DNA of 64,000 nt from Guillardia theta CCMP2712 (lineage: Eukaryota; Protista; Cryptophyta), in NCBI RefSeq assembly GCF_000315625.1, contig NW_005434663.1, forward strand, positions 186,001 through 250,000. Direction: 5' to 3'. The stretch's first letter is position 1. Each line of letters opens with the position of its first letter. Shown piece after piece: positions 14,305 through 26,102 of this stretch. The notes under the pieces are model-generated. The model made no database searches. It saw only the letters and a program-made list of their open reading frames with translations, and was not told where the DNA came from. The position numbers and the translations under genes were made by a program.

Positions 14305-16570
14305 TTAATGTTCACCGAGAGAAGCCATAAACTCATCGATCGACTTCAAGAATGCAGTGCGAGCTCGCGGCTTCAGCTCCATGCTTGTGCACAGGTCGTC
14401 GACTTCTTCGGTATTCTTTGACAGCACGTGCTCCACAAGCTTGTCGACGATGGCTCGAGGCTTCTGGAACTCCTTGCTTTCATGCTCGAAGAGACGATCT
14501 AGCTTTCCCTCGCCCGCAGCCAACAGGCTGACGATGATCTCGCTGAACTGGCGAGGAGATCCCCAGCTCTGATGCATCGCTGCATGCCATGCGCGAGCGC
14601 GAGCTCGCTGCTTCTCGGCCTGGGAGGAGTCAGGGAGGGAGGGGGGAGGGGGGAACTTGCTGTGGAGCACCTGAGGAGAGCGATCGTCCCTGGGCAAGTC
14701 AGCGATCTGCGACAACTCGAAGCGAAGGCGGGAGGCGACCTAGCGCAGGGTGAGCCCAGCACGTCAAATGTCCTCCAGTCTCACCTGCCGCATCGCCATG
14801 GAGTTGGGGACTGCCAAGTTGTCAGCTCCTATGCCGACCCTGGCGACAGAGCTGGCAGGGTCGATGGGAGGGCTGGCGAGAGTCAGTCAGCGAACGAGGA
14901 GGAGGAGAAGCGTCTCACCGTATCCCCTGCTCGAGCATCTTCTCGCTGAGAATGATCTGACCGTCAGAGAGGGAGATAAGCTCCTCTATGTGCTTCAGCT
15001 TGAACTGAACTTCTTGCGCCTATGAGATTACGAGCATGTCACGTCACTTTCAGCTGGCAAGCAGCACGTACTGAAGCTCCAGGGGAGGGGATGCCCAACT
15101 TTCCGAGCACTTCCTCCGTTATCGCTATCCCCTTGTCCTCCATCAGCTGGATCCTAGCTCTCACCTGCTCGCAGTCAGTCCCACACCTCCAGCTCGAGCG
15201 CTCTTGCGCCACCTTGGAGCCATAGAGCGAGGGGTCGAAGTCGCTCATGGTGAACTTCTTCCCCTTGTCGCCGCTGCCTATCCGGGGACGATCGACGAGG
15301 AGGAGCATGGAGAGCGAGCCTCCGCCGGCCTGATTGTTCAGATACCCGACGCGCTGAAACAAGGAGGAGTAGAAGGCCCGCATCTCTGAGTTGGCGGCGG
15401 CGATGGCCGAGCTGCTGTTTGCAAGCGTTTCTAATCCGACCTCCTGCAGGATGCTTCGCTCCGTCTGATCCCAGAATTTCTTGTGCTCCTCTAGGTCATC
15501 AACAACCACCAGCGTGTCCTTCCCTTTCCTTCTCCAGTAGTCCGCGATCGAAGTTCCTGCTGCTGCTGCTGCCACACACACGCTGGGGTCGACGGCTCCC
15601 TGTGAGGGCTCTACAGCAACGATGATCGAGTTCTTCAACGCTCCCTTCTGCTTCAGCGCGTCGCTCACTTCCTTCTCCTTCCCGTTCGTCACGACGTACA
15701 CAACGATCGTCCCCTCCTGCGCCTGTTTGCTCGCCGCGTCGATCGCGAGCTCTCGCCTGCCCAGGTCGAGGCCTCCCACCACCAGCATGTTCTGACCCTT
15801 CCCTATCGGCACCAGCGAGTCGACTGCTGTGATGCCGGTGTGCATCGGCTTCGAGATGGTCGCCATGTCTGCTTGTGCGGTGCTTGCCCCGAACATCAGG
15901 ACATCATCTCCATTGCTCGCTTCGCCTCCTCCAAGTATTCTGTCGGAGACGTCAAGGAAGGAGATAGAGAAGAGCCTCTGCTGTACCTGCCCTGGAAGTC
16001 GATCGTCTTCCCCAAGAGCGTCTCGTCTACCTTCAGCGTCGAGTTCTGGTTGATGACCGTTGCGCTCGTTTCCTCCAGCTCTCCTGCGGTCTGGGAAACC
16101 TTCAGCGCGAAGACGAAAGGGAATCTCTGCCACAAGACGATTCCTTCCTCCTTCTCGCCGAGTTTCACTTTCATCCCCTGGAAGTTGGCAGAGCTCACGC
16201 CCTCTGCTGTCAAGCCGCATCGCAGAACCACCATCCTGCCTACCTCGCCGAGGACCTGCGAGGAAACAGCCGACATGTCCGAACTCTTGTGAGACTGCAG
16301 CGAGGTCGCAGACATCTTTACGATCTTTGCTATGTCGTCGTTGCTGTGCATGAAGCGCGTTGCTCCTGTCGCTGCCCTCCTGTTGCTCACGCATCCCCGG
16401 TCGCTCCAGTAGCCTCGCACCGACCTGATGGCTTGAGTCCTGCTCAGCTCCAAATTTCTGAGCATGAGGAGAGGCGACGGATGCATGTGGAAGGAGAAAC
16501 CGAAGGCATGTGAGCGCGAGGCAAGTAAGATCATCACTGTAGCCGTCAACCGCTTGGCGACCACCTGCAT
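14305..16570 (-). CDS. Nuclear-encoded, plastid-targeted F1-ATPase alpha-subunit-like protein with degenerate Walker A
   Basis: PMHTGITAVDSLVPIGKGQNMLVVGGLDLGRR (cf. AtpA [29 protein letters not shown]), LVVVDDL, GGGSLS, LISLSDGQIIL, RPPIDPASSVARVG; leader MQVVAKRLTATVMILLASRSHA-FGF. Confidence 0.85.
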
Positions 16571-17067
16571 GCTGGCCTGCCGACATGTCAGACGGAAAAC
16601 GTTAGAACAAGGACATAGCAAAGCTTCTTGTCTGTTTGAATGCTTACACAATTGATCCTGCTCCACAAGTCTGCACTTTCATATTCACACTAATGTTCCC
16701 TTTCACAGCTCCCTCTTCTTCAAATATCCTTCCCATCGCTGCATGGTGACCTGCTACCTGCGCAAACCCGTTGCCTGCTCGCTTCCTAGCCTTATCATAA
16801 GTTACTTGTATGCCGTTCTCCTTCTCCTTCTCATCTTTCTCCTCTTCCTCTCATCATCCATTTCCTCTTCTCCTCTTCTCTCCTCCATGGTTGCCCGTCC
16901 CCCTCCCTCTCTCTCCTCGTCTCCTCCTTGGCCTCCCTTCCTCCATTTTCCCTGCCACTGGTACCCACCCGTCTACTCCCCCTTACCACCCCCACCGTTC
17001 CCATTGCACCGGAATCCAGAAGATCGGCGCAAATGCGATGGGAGCGAAAGGAGGAAGGGAAGAAGAA

Positions 17068-17470
17068 GAGGTGAGGGATAGTGGGGAGAGGAAGAAGAGG
17101 AGGTGAGGGATAGGGAGCAGAGGAAGAAGAAGAGGTGAGGGATAGGGAGCAGAGGAAGAAGAGAAGGTGAGGGATAGGGAGCAGAGGAAGAAGAAGAGGT
17201 GAGGGATAGGGAGCAGAGGAAGAAGAAGAGGTGAGGGATAGGGAGCAGAGGAAGAAGAGAAGGTGAGGGATAGGGAGGATAGGAAGAAGAAGAGGTGAGG
17301 GATAGGGAGGATAGGAAGAAGAAGAGGTGAGGGATAGGGAGCAGAGGAAGAAGAAGAGGTGAGGGATAGGGAGCAGAGGAAGAAGAAGAGGTGAGGGATA
17401 GGGAGCAGAGGAAGAAGAGAAGGTGAGGGATAGGGAGGAGAGGAAGAAGAGAAGGTGAGGGATAGGGAAG
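17068..17470. repeat. Purine-rich minisatellite, ~31-32 bp unit (GAGGTGAGGGATAGGGAGCAGAGGAAGAAGAA), ~12-13 copies
   Basis: Tandem copies read directly; explains spurious ORF 16831-17655. Confidence 0.92.
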
Positions 17471-17632
17471 GGAGGAGGGAGTGAACGGATTATTGATAAG
17501 ACAGACAGGGAGATGAGAGCAGGGAAAGAGAGTCGCAAGACCAGGTAAGAGAAGATCTCGAGGAGAGGGAGAGAGAAAGAGAGGAAGGTGACACGAGATG
17601 GGTAAGAGAAATGGACGCGAGAGAATCGAATG

Positions 17633-18946
17633 TTAAGTTTCACTGCTACGTTCACTGTCTGGAGGTGGAGGGGCAGGAGGGGCAGGAGGGGCAGTAGGGG
17701 CAGGAGGAGGGGGTTCGGCGGATTCTTGCTGGACTTGTTTCAAGATCCTCATGATGTGATACTGCATGACTGGTTGTCCTCTGCTCGTCTTGGCGTTGAG
17801 CTTCCTCCTCCACTTGCTGCGAGTTTCCTTCGCCTGCGGGTCGTAGGTCAATCGAACAGATGAAGCAATACAGAATAAAGTAGGAGCAAGCTCTGGCTGA
17901 AGCAACAGCGTTACCTTTGCTTTTCTTGACTCAATCTCTTGCCTTCTGTGCTCTTTTTCTCGTCTCGCTGCTTCTTTCTCCTGCATCTTCTTGTCGTACT
18001 TGTCCATCCAACATGACTTCTTGGTCTGATTTCGTCTGGGATCAACCATGGCGCTTAGGTTTGCAAGAGGAGCTGCAGCTATCGTCTCTTTGCGCTCCAT
18101 CACATCAGGAGCGCCGCTGCTCTTTCCTTGGTCGATCGCCTTTGAGAAGTTGAAATGAATCTCTTCCAGATCTGAGAATTCATTTTGGAGCGGCATCCCA
18201 CACAAGGTGGGGATCTTGCGAGGAGGAGCCTTGTCTTGTTGAGCTGGAGCAAACCTGCTGTTGATGTCCTTCCTCGCTCTTGCTATGATCCGCTTCTTCC
18301 ACTTCTCCGCTCGCGCTTCATGCAGCTTCTTGTTCTTCCAGTTTCTCTGCTGCTTGATCCCCCTGGCATTCACTACTGGAACCTTCCTGCGGATCGTCTC
18401 GCCCATCGTCTTGTAATCTTCTTCCTGCTCAGCGACAACCTTCAGAGTGCGGGGATCTTCTCGGAACCTCCTCATCTTAGCGATGGGAGGAATGATTCTT
18501 CTCTTTCTCTCCCCGTCATGAACTCTCAGGACGGGCTTCTTCTTCTTCTTCTTCTTCTCCTTCTTCTTCTTCCATTTTTCTTCTTTTCGCCGGTCGAAAT
18601 CCTCTCTCGTTATCCCTTCGATGACTTCACCGCCGGACCCTCCTCTGATCCTCAGAAGCAGTTCTCGGATGCAGACACATTCATCTAGCTTTGTTCTTTC
18701 ATCGAATCGCCGCCGAAGAGAGGGAAGATTGCATGCATTAGAACCTGATGAGGAGAGACAGACGTGCGGTGGGAGCGTAGAGAGTAGAGGAAGGAGAAGG
18801 AGCCGAGGACAAAGAAATTTGAGGTGAGAAGGTGAGGTAACTGGTAGACAGAACGAAGGTAGAGGGAGCAGGAGGAGGAGGAGAAGGAGGAGGAGGAGAG
18901 GAGGAGTAGAGGGTGAGAGTTGAGGGGCAATGCAGCGACGCTGCAT
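17633..18946 (-). CDS. Basic protein with C-terminal Fyv7/TAP26-like rRNA-processing motif and N-terminal signal peptide + LRIRGG
   Basis: C-terminal KWRRKLNAKTSRGQPVMQYHIMRILKQV resembles the Fyv7/CCDC59 signature; Lys-rich NLS-like stretches; poly-Leu signal peptide; probable in-frame intron ~17833-17914. Confidence 0.6.
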   Translation of the reverse strand: MQRRCIAPQLSPSTPPLLLLLLLLLLLPLPSFCLPVTSPSHLKFLCPRLLLLPLLSTLPPHVCLSSSGSNACNLPSLRRRFDERTKLDECVCIRELLLRIRGGSGGEVIEGITREDFDRRKEEKWKKKKEKKKKKKKPVLRVHDGERKRRIIPPIAKMRRFREDPRTLKVVAEQEEDYKTMGETIRRKVPVVNARGIKQQRNWKNKKLHEARAEKWKKRIIARARKDINSRFAPAQQDKAPPRKIPTLCGMPLQNEFSDLEEIHFNFSKAIDQGKSSGAPDVMERKETIAAAPLANLSAMVDPRRNQTKKSCWMDKYDKKMQEKEAARREKEHRRQEIESRKAKVTLLLQPELAPTLFCIASSVRLTYDPQAKETRSKWRRKLNAKTSRGQPVMQYHIMRILKQVQQESAEPPPPAPTAPPAPPAPPPPDSERSSET

Positions 18947-19124
18947 GGAAGCGACCCCCGAAAGTCTTTTCTATGGATGTAACCACGCAAGCCGGGTGAC
19001 CAGACTTTCCGATTTACTCTGAGGCAGGCTCTCTATTGGATATGAGGGCGATGAGTGAGGGATGAGGGGGATGAGGAGTCTAGGTTCGTTCGCAATGCAC
19101 ATCGGTTGTACCCGATAGATCGCC

Positions 19125-22100
19125 ATGCACGCTTGGATGAGATGGGCGCCCTCCCCCTCCTGCATCCCCTCTTCACAGCCCTCATCTTCCGCTGCTCCCA
19201 ATGCTGAAGCTACGTCCGCTGCGGGCAGTGGCAGCCATAGCGTCAGAAGGACAAGTCGCCAAGCTGCCCGAGATCTGCTGAGGAAGGTGGAGGGAGGGAC
19301 TCCTCTACAGTCACAGCAGCTGTTAGATGACCTTGAGAACCTTGCGGGTGTTCTATCAGAGGGTGTTGACTCTTCGCAGGAGGAGGAGCAGGAGTCAAGC
19401 ATGCACATGTTCGACGACGCTCGTACGGTCAACATGATCGACTCATTCGTAGCCGAGCTTGAGCAGTATGATACGGACAAGTCAAAGTCAAGCGAGGACT
19501 TCGAGGGATTCCAGCGAATACAAATAGCGAGATGGAACTTAGAGGCAGAGCTCGACAAATCGCGTGGAGTGCTGGAGAGGAGGAGGTACGTTCGGCGACG
19601 GATGAAGCTGCTTATGTGTGGAAATTTGGGGGAAGACTACGAGGACGAGGACGACTGCGACAGACCAAGATGGAAGAGCTTTCCTGAACTTGAAGGGAGT
19701 GAGATCCGCTCGCTCTGCTCGTGTGGTCAGAATGTGGGAGTCATCACGGAAGCTGGCGACATCTTCACCTGGGGAGCCAACAACTTTGGTCAGGTCGGAA
19801 TCGCTCCCGAGGACGAGGACGAAGCAGCCCACGTCTGCTCTCCCTGTAAGCTTCCTCAGCTCCGCTCTGGTCTCCTCCGCAACGGACCGCCCAGGCAGCC
19901 GGCACAGCTTGCCGTCGGCCGGGGTCACATGGCGTGCGTGACAACGACGGGGGAGCTGTTCACTTGGGGGTGTAACGACCATGGGCAGCTGGGGAGAGAC
20001 TCGAGCTACAAGTCTACACGTCAAAGAGACCAGGTGGGGACAGTGATGCGCCGACACTTGTTTTCTGAGCTCCCCTCCGAACTGTCGATCAAGAACGCGT
20101 TCTCTGCCGCGCCGGGGCATGCTCTCGACGCCTCCTATCGGGCTACCCAGGTAGCCTGCGGGAGCGATTGGACGTGTGTGGTTCTCGAGGAGGAAGGAGT
20201 GTTTCATGCACAGACAGGCAGGAGTATGCTGCTCTCCTTCGGGAGGAACGACAAGGGTCAGTGCGGGCATGGGCACAGCAGTCAGCGAGCAGACATGGCC
20301 TTCGTCAAGCTCAGTGGCGTCGTCCGGACCCTCGCATGCGGCGAAGGCCACACGATCTGTGTGTGCTGGGGCGACGAGGTCTATGCATGGGGAGCGAACG
20401 AGTGCGGTCAGCTGGGGATCGGGATCCAAGGGGGGGAGCATGGTCACCTGGCGGGTCTTGTGAGCGCGTCGGGAATAGGAGAGGATTGGATCGCAGAGCC
20501 GTGCAGGGTCGAGAGTCTTTGCGGCAGGCGATGCGTCATGGTGGCTGCTGGGCTCTTCCACTCTGCTGCCTTGGTGAGCTCCCGCGTGACTTGAGTTCTA
20601 GCTGAGCAAACTGCTGGGCAGGTGCTGGGAGGGACGGTGTGGACCTGGGGGGACAACACATACTGTCAGCTGGGCGTGAGGGCGAGGGCTGGTGGCTCAC
20701 CGTTAGAGTCACAGACGTTTCCAGAGCCGCAGGTGGTGGAGAGCATCGTCGATCAGGCCGTTTGCTTCCTCTCCTGCGGTGACTTTCACACGGCAGCGAC
20801 AACCCTTGGCGGCATGATGTTGACTTGGGGCAAGAAGCTCGAGGTCCGCGCAGCCGGGGCCGGGAAGTACTTCTCTTGTGATGCCGAGGTCGCCTGGAAC
20901 TCGGGGGAGAAACAGCATGCGTTGGCTGACGGGAGCATGGGGACCCTCTGGTGCTGTCAGACTTCCTGCGGGGAGGAGCACACAATCATGCTGGTGGTGG
21001 AGGCTGCGGACGCGCGGAAGGAGCCAACTGAAGTTTGGGAGCTGCGGCAGGAGATTGAGCAGGACGACGAGTCGCTCGTGACGCGATCGCAGGCACTGAC
21101 TGGCCTCTCCTTGATCTTACGCGTGCTCCTCAACCTGGAGATCATGTTGACCCGTCCGCTGAGGTACTTGGCTCCTGCTCTTGTTGCCATGTCCTTCTCA
21201 TGCCTGGCAGACGATCGTTAGAGTCGGTGTACCCGATCCTAGAAGAGAGCGAGCTACAAGGTCTCCTCCCCTTCCCTCCCCTTCCCTCCCCTCGCTCCCC
21301 TCCCCTCCTTTCTCCTCCTCTCTCCTCTCTTTCTCTCTCACTTCTCCTGCGCTCTCGGCTTGTTCCGTCCACTTGTGCACCCTTCCCGGTCGATAATCGG
21401 GTCTTCCGCCAGGTGTGATAGGACGAGATGGTTTGGCTAGCAGGGCGAGGGAGCACGTGGAGGTTTGAGGGCGCGAGGCCTTGAGACGTTTTGACTCACC
21501 GGAGACTTCAGCTCGTCTTGGAGCAGCTGGTGAGCAGCTGGGAGAGAGGGCTGCCCAACGTGACGCTGAAGGACATATTGGGTTTGTCATACTCGAGAGC
21601 TCTCGCTGCGTCTCATCGAGTCTCTGCAGTCCGCGAGCACGAAGGCTTCCAGTCGTTGGTGAAATTCCTCGACAACTGCCCAGCTCAGCTCCTGGCGATG
21701 AGGTCCGACTCGCCTCTTCCTTCCCCTCGTGACCTCCTGTGCAGGAGAGCGTTGAAGAAGCTCCGGTTCGCTAAGTTCGCTGATGATGCCGGGAAGGAGC
21801 TGGTTGCCTCGGGTTCCTCCCTCCCTCCGCTGCTGCAGAACCTGACAGGCTGCAGGCACCTGGTCCATCCTCCGACACCCATGGGGCAGGCTCTTCACGC
21901 TGGATCAGACCCCTTCCGTCCTCCAGGAGCTCGAAGCTCCTTCTGGTCTCTGTGCTGTCTGTGAGCAGGTGACGTTCTTGACTCCTTCCCCCGAGCTAAC
22001 CACGCCCTTCAGCCTCTCGCCATGCTCGCAGGCAGCGGAGGAGCTCATGGTCGTTGCAGCATCGCGCTGAGCAGCAGGATGTCTGCTGCTCGGGTTGCTC

Positions 22101-23159
22101 GAGAGCAGCAGGAGGAAGTCTCGACGCTGCTGCTGCTGGAACCTCGTCTCGTGAGTCCCACGGAGAGCCGAGGAGTGAGTCTTTCCTCCTCCTCCTCCTC
22201 CCGCTCTGACGTCTCTCTTAGATCTGGCTCGATTACTCCCGCGCGTGCTGCTGCATCCCGAGCCTGCTGGCTGCGAGCCTGCTGTCGCTGGTGGACCTGA
22301 GGTACTGCATCAAAGCAGGAGACGAGGAGGAGACCGTGGGAGGAAGCGAAGGTCGTGCTGTCCCCAAGGACTTCTGCTCTATGCACTCCAGGCTGGTGCA
22401 GCTCGCGTCATCGATGCACCGAGCAGCTGCCGTTGAGGTCGAGGGGAGACGCGTTGTGGTACTTGAGACCCTCCGCTGCTGCCGCCGCTGAGCTGAGGGA
22501 CAGGCGGAAGGAACGAGTATGAGCGAGAGATGGAGGAGGACGTGGAAGGCGGTGAAGAAGGTCTGGACGATGGTGATCAGAGTGTCAGGGCTGGACAGCT
22601 GCGGCGATCTCGGCCCCTTCTTCTTCCTCCTCCTCTTCCTCTGGTTCTTTGGCCTCCCCTTTGCTCTCATCTACGTCCTCTCAGACTTGCCCATGTACGA
22701 CCCCAGCGGCTGGCAGCAGGTTCTTTCCTCCTCCTCCTCCTCCTCCTCCTCCTCCTCCTCCTCCTCCTCCTCCTCCTCCTCCTCCTCCTCCTCCTCCTCC
22801 TCCTCCTCCTCCTCCTCCTCCTCCTCTCCCTCCTCGAGGCACTGAGAGGAAGCAGGTGCTGGCCACCAAGGTTCCGATCTCGCTCTATATCGCTTCGGGC
22901 TTCTTCTTTCCCCTCGCTCGGGTCTTCCGTTCTATGAAGCTCACCGATCGAGCTCAACTCCAGCACGGCTCCAGCTCAGCCCGAGACAACTTCAGCAACA
23001 GGTCGCTGCTCGCCTCTCAGCTCCCGACTGACTCGTGCTGCTCAGGCTGGTCTGCTTGGCGCTGGTCGTTGAGGCCTGGCAGCTGGTGGCTCTCGCCTTC
23101 GGGGAAGGGATGCCCTACGACAGCAGCGGCTTTGCTCACCTTGCCTCTCCTGCCGAAGG

Positions 23160-23212
<53 letters not shown>

Positions 23213-26049
23213 CTGCCGCTGCTGCTAATCCTCATCCTCATCCTCATCCTCATCCTCATCCTCATCCTCATCCTCATCCTCGTCTGCTTCCTCCGCCTCC
23301 TCCTCTGACGGCATGTAGTGGGCATGTCCGGCGTCTCCTGCAGAGTAGCAGGCATCAACTCCATCATGCTTTGGGCCCTACTGGACCTGCGGCTGACCTG
23401 CACGGCATGGCTGGACGAGGTTGTTGGCGTGTCGCTTCTGAGCTGCCTGCCCGTCCTCTGGCTCGTCATGCGCAACCTCTCTCGTCAGGGCGCCAAGTCA
23501 TGGGGGGCGTCATCGCTGTTGGAGCAGAGGCGATTCATAGGCTTCTCTCCTGCTAGAGCCTTTGTCGGTCAGATGCTCGGGCCCTTGTTCGCCTCCGTCC
23601 TCTTCATGCCGATCCTCGCGCGAGTAGCCCAGTCGCTCTCGTGCTCCTTCTCTTACGACCGCGGGTACCTCATGCTCGACACGTCGCTCCACCTCGCCGA
23701 CTCCAGCTTGTTCAACGTGCTCGTCCACTCTCTGCCTCTGAGAACCTGACGCCTCCCGCAGGCCACGTCCTGCTCCAATGTCAAGACCATTGCGGTCGCG
23801 CGAGTGGTAGGGGAGGAGGAGAGTGGGGGGGGAGGAAGGAGGAGCAGGGGGAGGAGCAGGGTCAGGAGGAGGAGGAGGAGGAGGAGGAGGAGGAGAGGAG
23901 GAGGAGGCGCTGAATGATGGCAGGGGGATGTCGTGCCGCGCTACCTGCACTCGAGCTTCGTGTTGGGATACTTCGACGAGATTTGGCCATGGCGACCTCG
24001 TGACCTTCCTGTGTCTCTCTGCGGGGCCATCCCATGCTGGGAGTTTCGACTAGGGAGCGGAGGAGTCTTGCCGCATGCCTGGTACGCCTTCATCGGCCTC
24101 CTCGCCTTCGCCTTGTTCTTCCCCTCCAGCTGTTTCATCCACTTCCCCGAGACGCCGCCGAACCCCAACGTGGACCTGGTCACCCTCCCCTCTTTCATCG
24201 TCGAGTCGCAGGTCGTCAAGGCTGCCATGGTCTTCATCAGGTGTGAGGCAGCACCCGAGTCTTCGCCTGACGGCTGGCAGGGAGCTCTACCGCCGGTCCC
24301 GATGGCCGTCGCTGCTCGCCAACGTCATCGGCTGCTCCTTCCTCTTCTTCCGCCACTTGCGCGTTCGCCCCGTCGCTGTCTCCTGGTTTGCTAACCTGCA
24401 GCGCATGGCGTACCTGCTCGCCGCCTGGTCCTCCCTCGCGTCGCTCCTCTGCATGTTCGTGCTATGGGATGGGTAACGTTGCGTCTTGTCTTGCATGGCA
24501 GGGGCTGACCAGCTGGCAGAGCCCCGGGCTCGCTCTTGCCTGCTCGCTACTCCAACTACGCCATCATCTTTCTGCTCATCGGCTACGCCACCATCATCCT
24601 CCTCTCCGCCATCGCGTGGAAATTTCTAGGTCGACGAGAACGAAGCAGCGAGGAAGAGGAGGAGGAGGAGGAGGAGGGACGCTCTTTCCTCTCCATCCGA
24701 AGCTCTCGCAACGCGGCTAAGCGCTGGTGGGACATCAAGGGCGTCGCTGCCCCTCGTGAGCAGCTCGGAGCTCCGCGTATCCGCCTTGCTGCCGGGACTC
24801 GAGCCAGAGCAGAGGTAAGGGAGGCATGGGAGAGAGGAGAGCAGAGCAGAGAAGAGGAGAGCAGAGCAGAGAAGAGAAGAGCAGAGCAGAGCAGAGCAGA
24901 GCAGAGAAGAGGAGAGGAGAGGAGAGGAGACAGGAAGAGACAGGAAGAGACAGGAGGTGACGTGTGTGAGGGCAGGAGATGAGGAGGAGGTTCTTCTCCT
25001 CTTGGCCGGGCAGGCTTGTGCTTTGGGCAGGGCAGCTTCTCTCTGCTTGTTTCTGCGGGAAGGCTTCGACGGCTAGCAGCAGCTACTTGCCCGTGCATGA
25101 GGTACCGATGGAGCTCGTCGACTTCCCCTGACCCCTTGCAGGAGAAGGAGACGCCGCGATGGTCGGAGAGCGAGTACCTTAACCTCTCCTATCAGTGTCT
25201 CGGCACAAGCTTCCAGCTGCCCGAGCTCCGTCACGTCGTCCTCAAGTCTCGTCTTAGCATCCGCGTGCTCAAGCTCGCACACAACGAGCTTCGCTCCTTC
25301 CCTGTCAGCTGCAGCATGCCTCTCCTGGAGCTCCTTGACCTTGCCTTCAATCGTTTGAGGTCTCCTCCTCCTCCTCCTCCTCCTCCTCCTCCTCCTCTCC
25401 CTCTCCCTCCCCCTCCCCCTCCCCCTCCTCCTCCTTCTCAAGTGACGTTGCTGCACCCAGCTCACTCGACAGCTTGCCCCAAGCTCCTTCTCTACAGACT
25501 CTCAACGCTCGCAGCAACGACATCAGGTCGCAGCCCAGCAGTCTCAGAGCTCTCAAGAGGTTCCGCGGCTTGCGGCATATCGTCCTCGAGGAGAACCCGG
25601 TCGCTGTCGACTTAACTTCCTACGTGCGACTCATCAGCCTCCTCGTCCCTGACCTCGAGACGCTCGACGGGAGTTCGTTCCACCGGGTAGAGGACGCGGA
25701 CGAAGACGCCTCACCAACGGCAGCGAGCAGGAGGAGCATGCTGGCGAGAGTCACCTCTGCGTTTGCGAGGATGACGAGCTGGATGGCACCAGAGGACGAG
25801 GGAGGGGTGGATGAGATCCTAGAGGACGGGACGATAAGGAAGAGCTCCTTCCTCCAAACGTCTCTCAGCCGCGGTGTTTCCCTGCTCCTCAGAAGCAACA
25901 GGAGGCTGGGGAGGAGGAAACGGACGTACAACGTCATCGAGCGCAGGCCGACAAGCATGCTGCTGGAGATGTCAGACGAACCCAACAACGTGCGGGGGAG
26001 ACGTTCCAACAGTCGCAACATCTCGTCGTCGGTTGAGCAGGGCGAGTGA
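19125..26049 (+). CDS. Large multi-exon protein: RCC1 repeats + multi-pass membrane region + C-terminal LRR/LRRcap (possibly more than one gene)
   Basis: RCC1 repeats (WGANNFGQVG, WGCNDHGQLG, FGRNDKGQCG, WGANECGQLG, WGDNTYCQLG) 19700-21000; many hydrophobic exons 22600-24620; LRRs (LKLAHNEL, LDLAFNRL, LEENPV...VPDLETLDG) 25170-25670; intervening short GT-AG introns appear to connect them. Confidence 0.6.
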
Positions 26050-26102
26050 GAGCAGATTTAGCGCGTATGTACATGTACTACCCTTGTATCCAACACTCTC
26101 AG

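Noticed and set aside
14305-16570. Organellar DNA insertion (NUPT/NUMT) of atpA
   Set aside because: Spliceosomal introns, nuclear GC content, targeting leader and deep divergence.
16831-17655. 274-aa repetitive hydrophobic ORF
   Set aside because: Antisense reading of a purine-rich minisatellite.
22649-23556. Poly-Pro/Leu/Ala/His-Pro ORFs
   Set aside because: Read-through of intronic microsatellites within the RCC1-TM-LRR gene.
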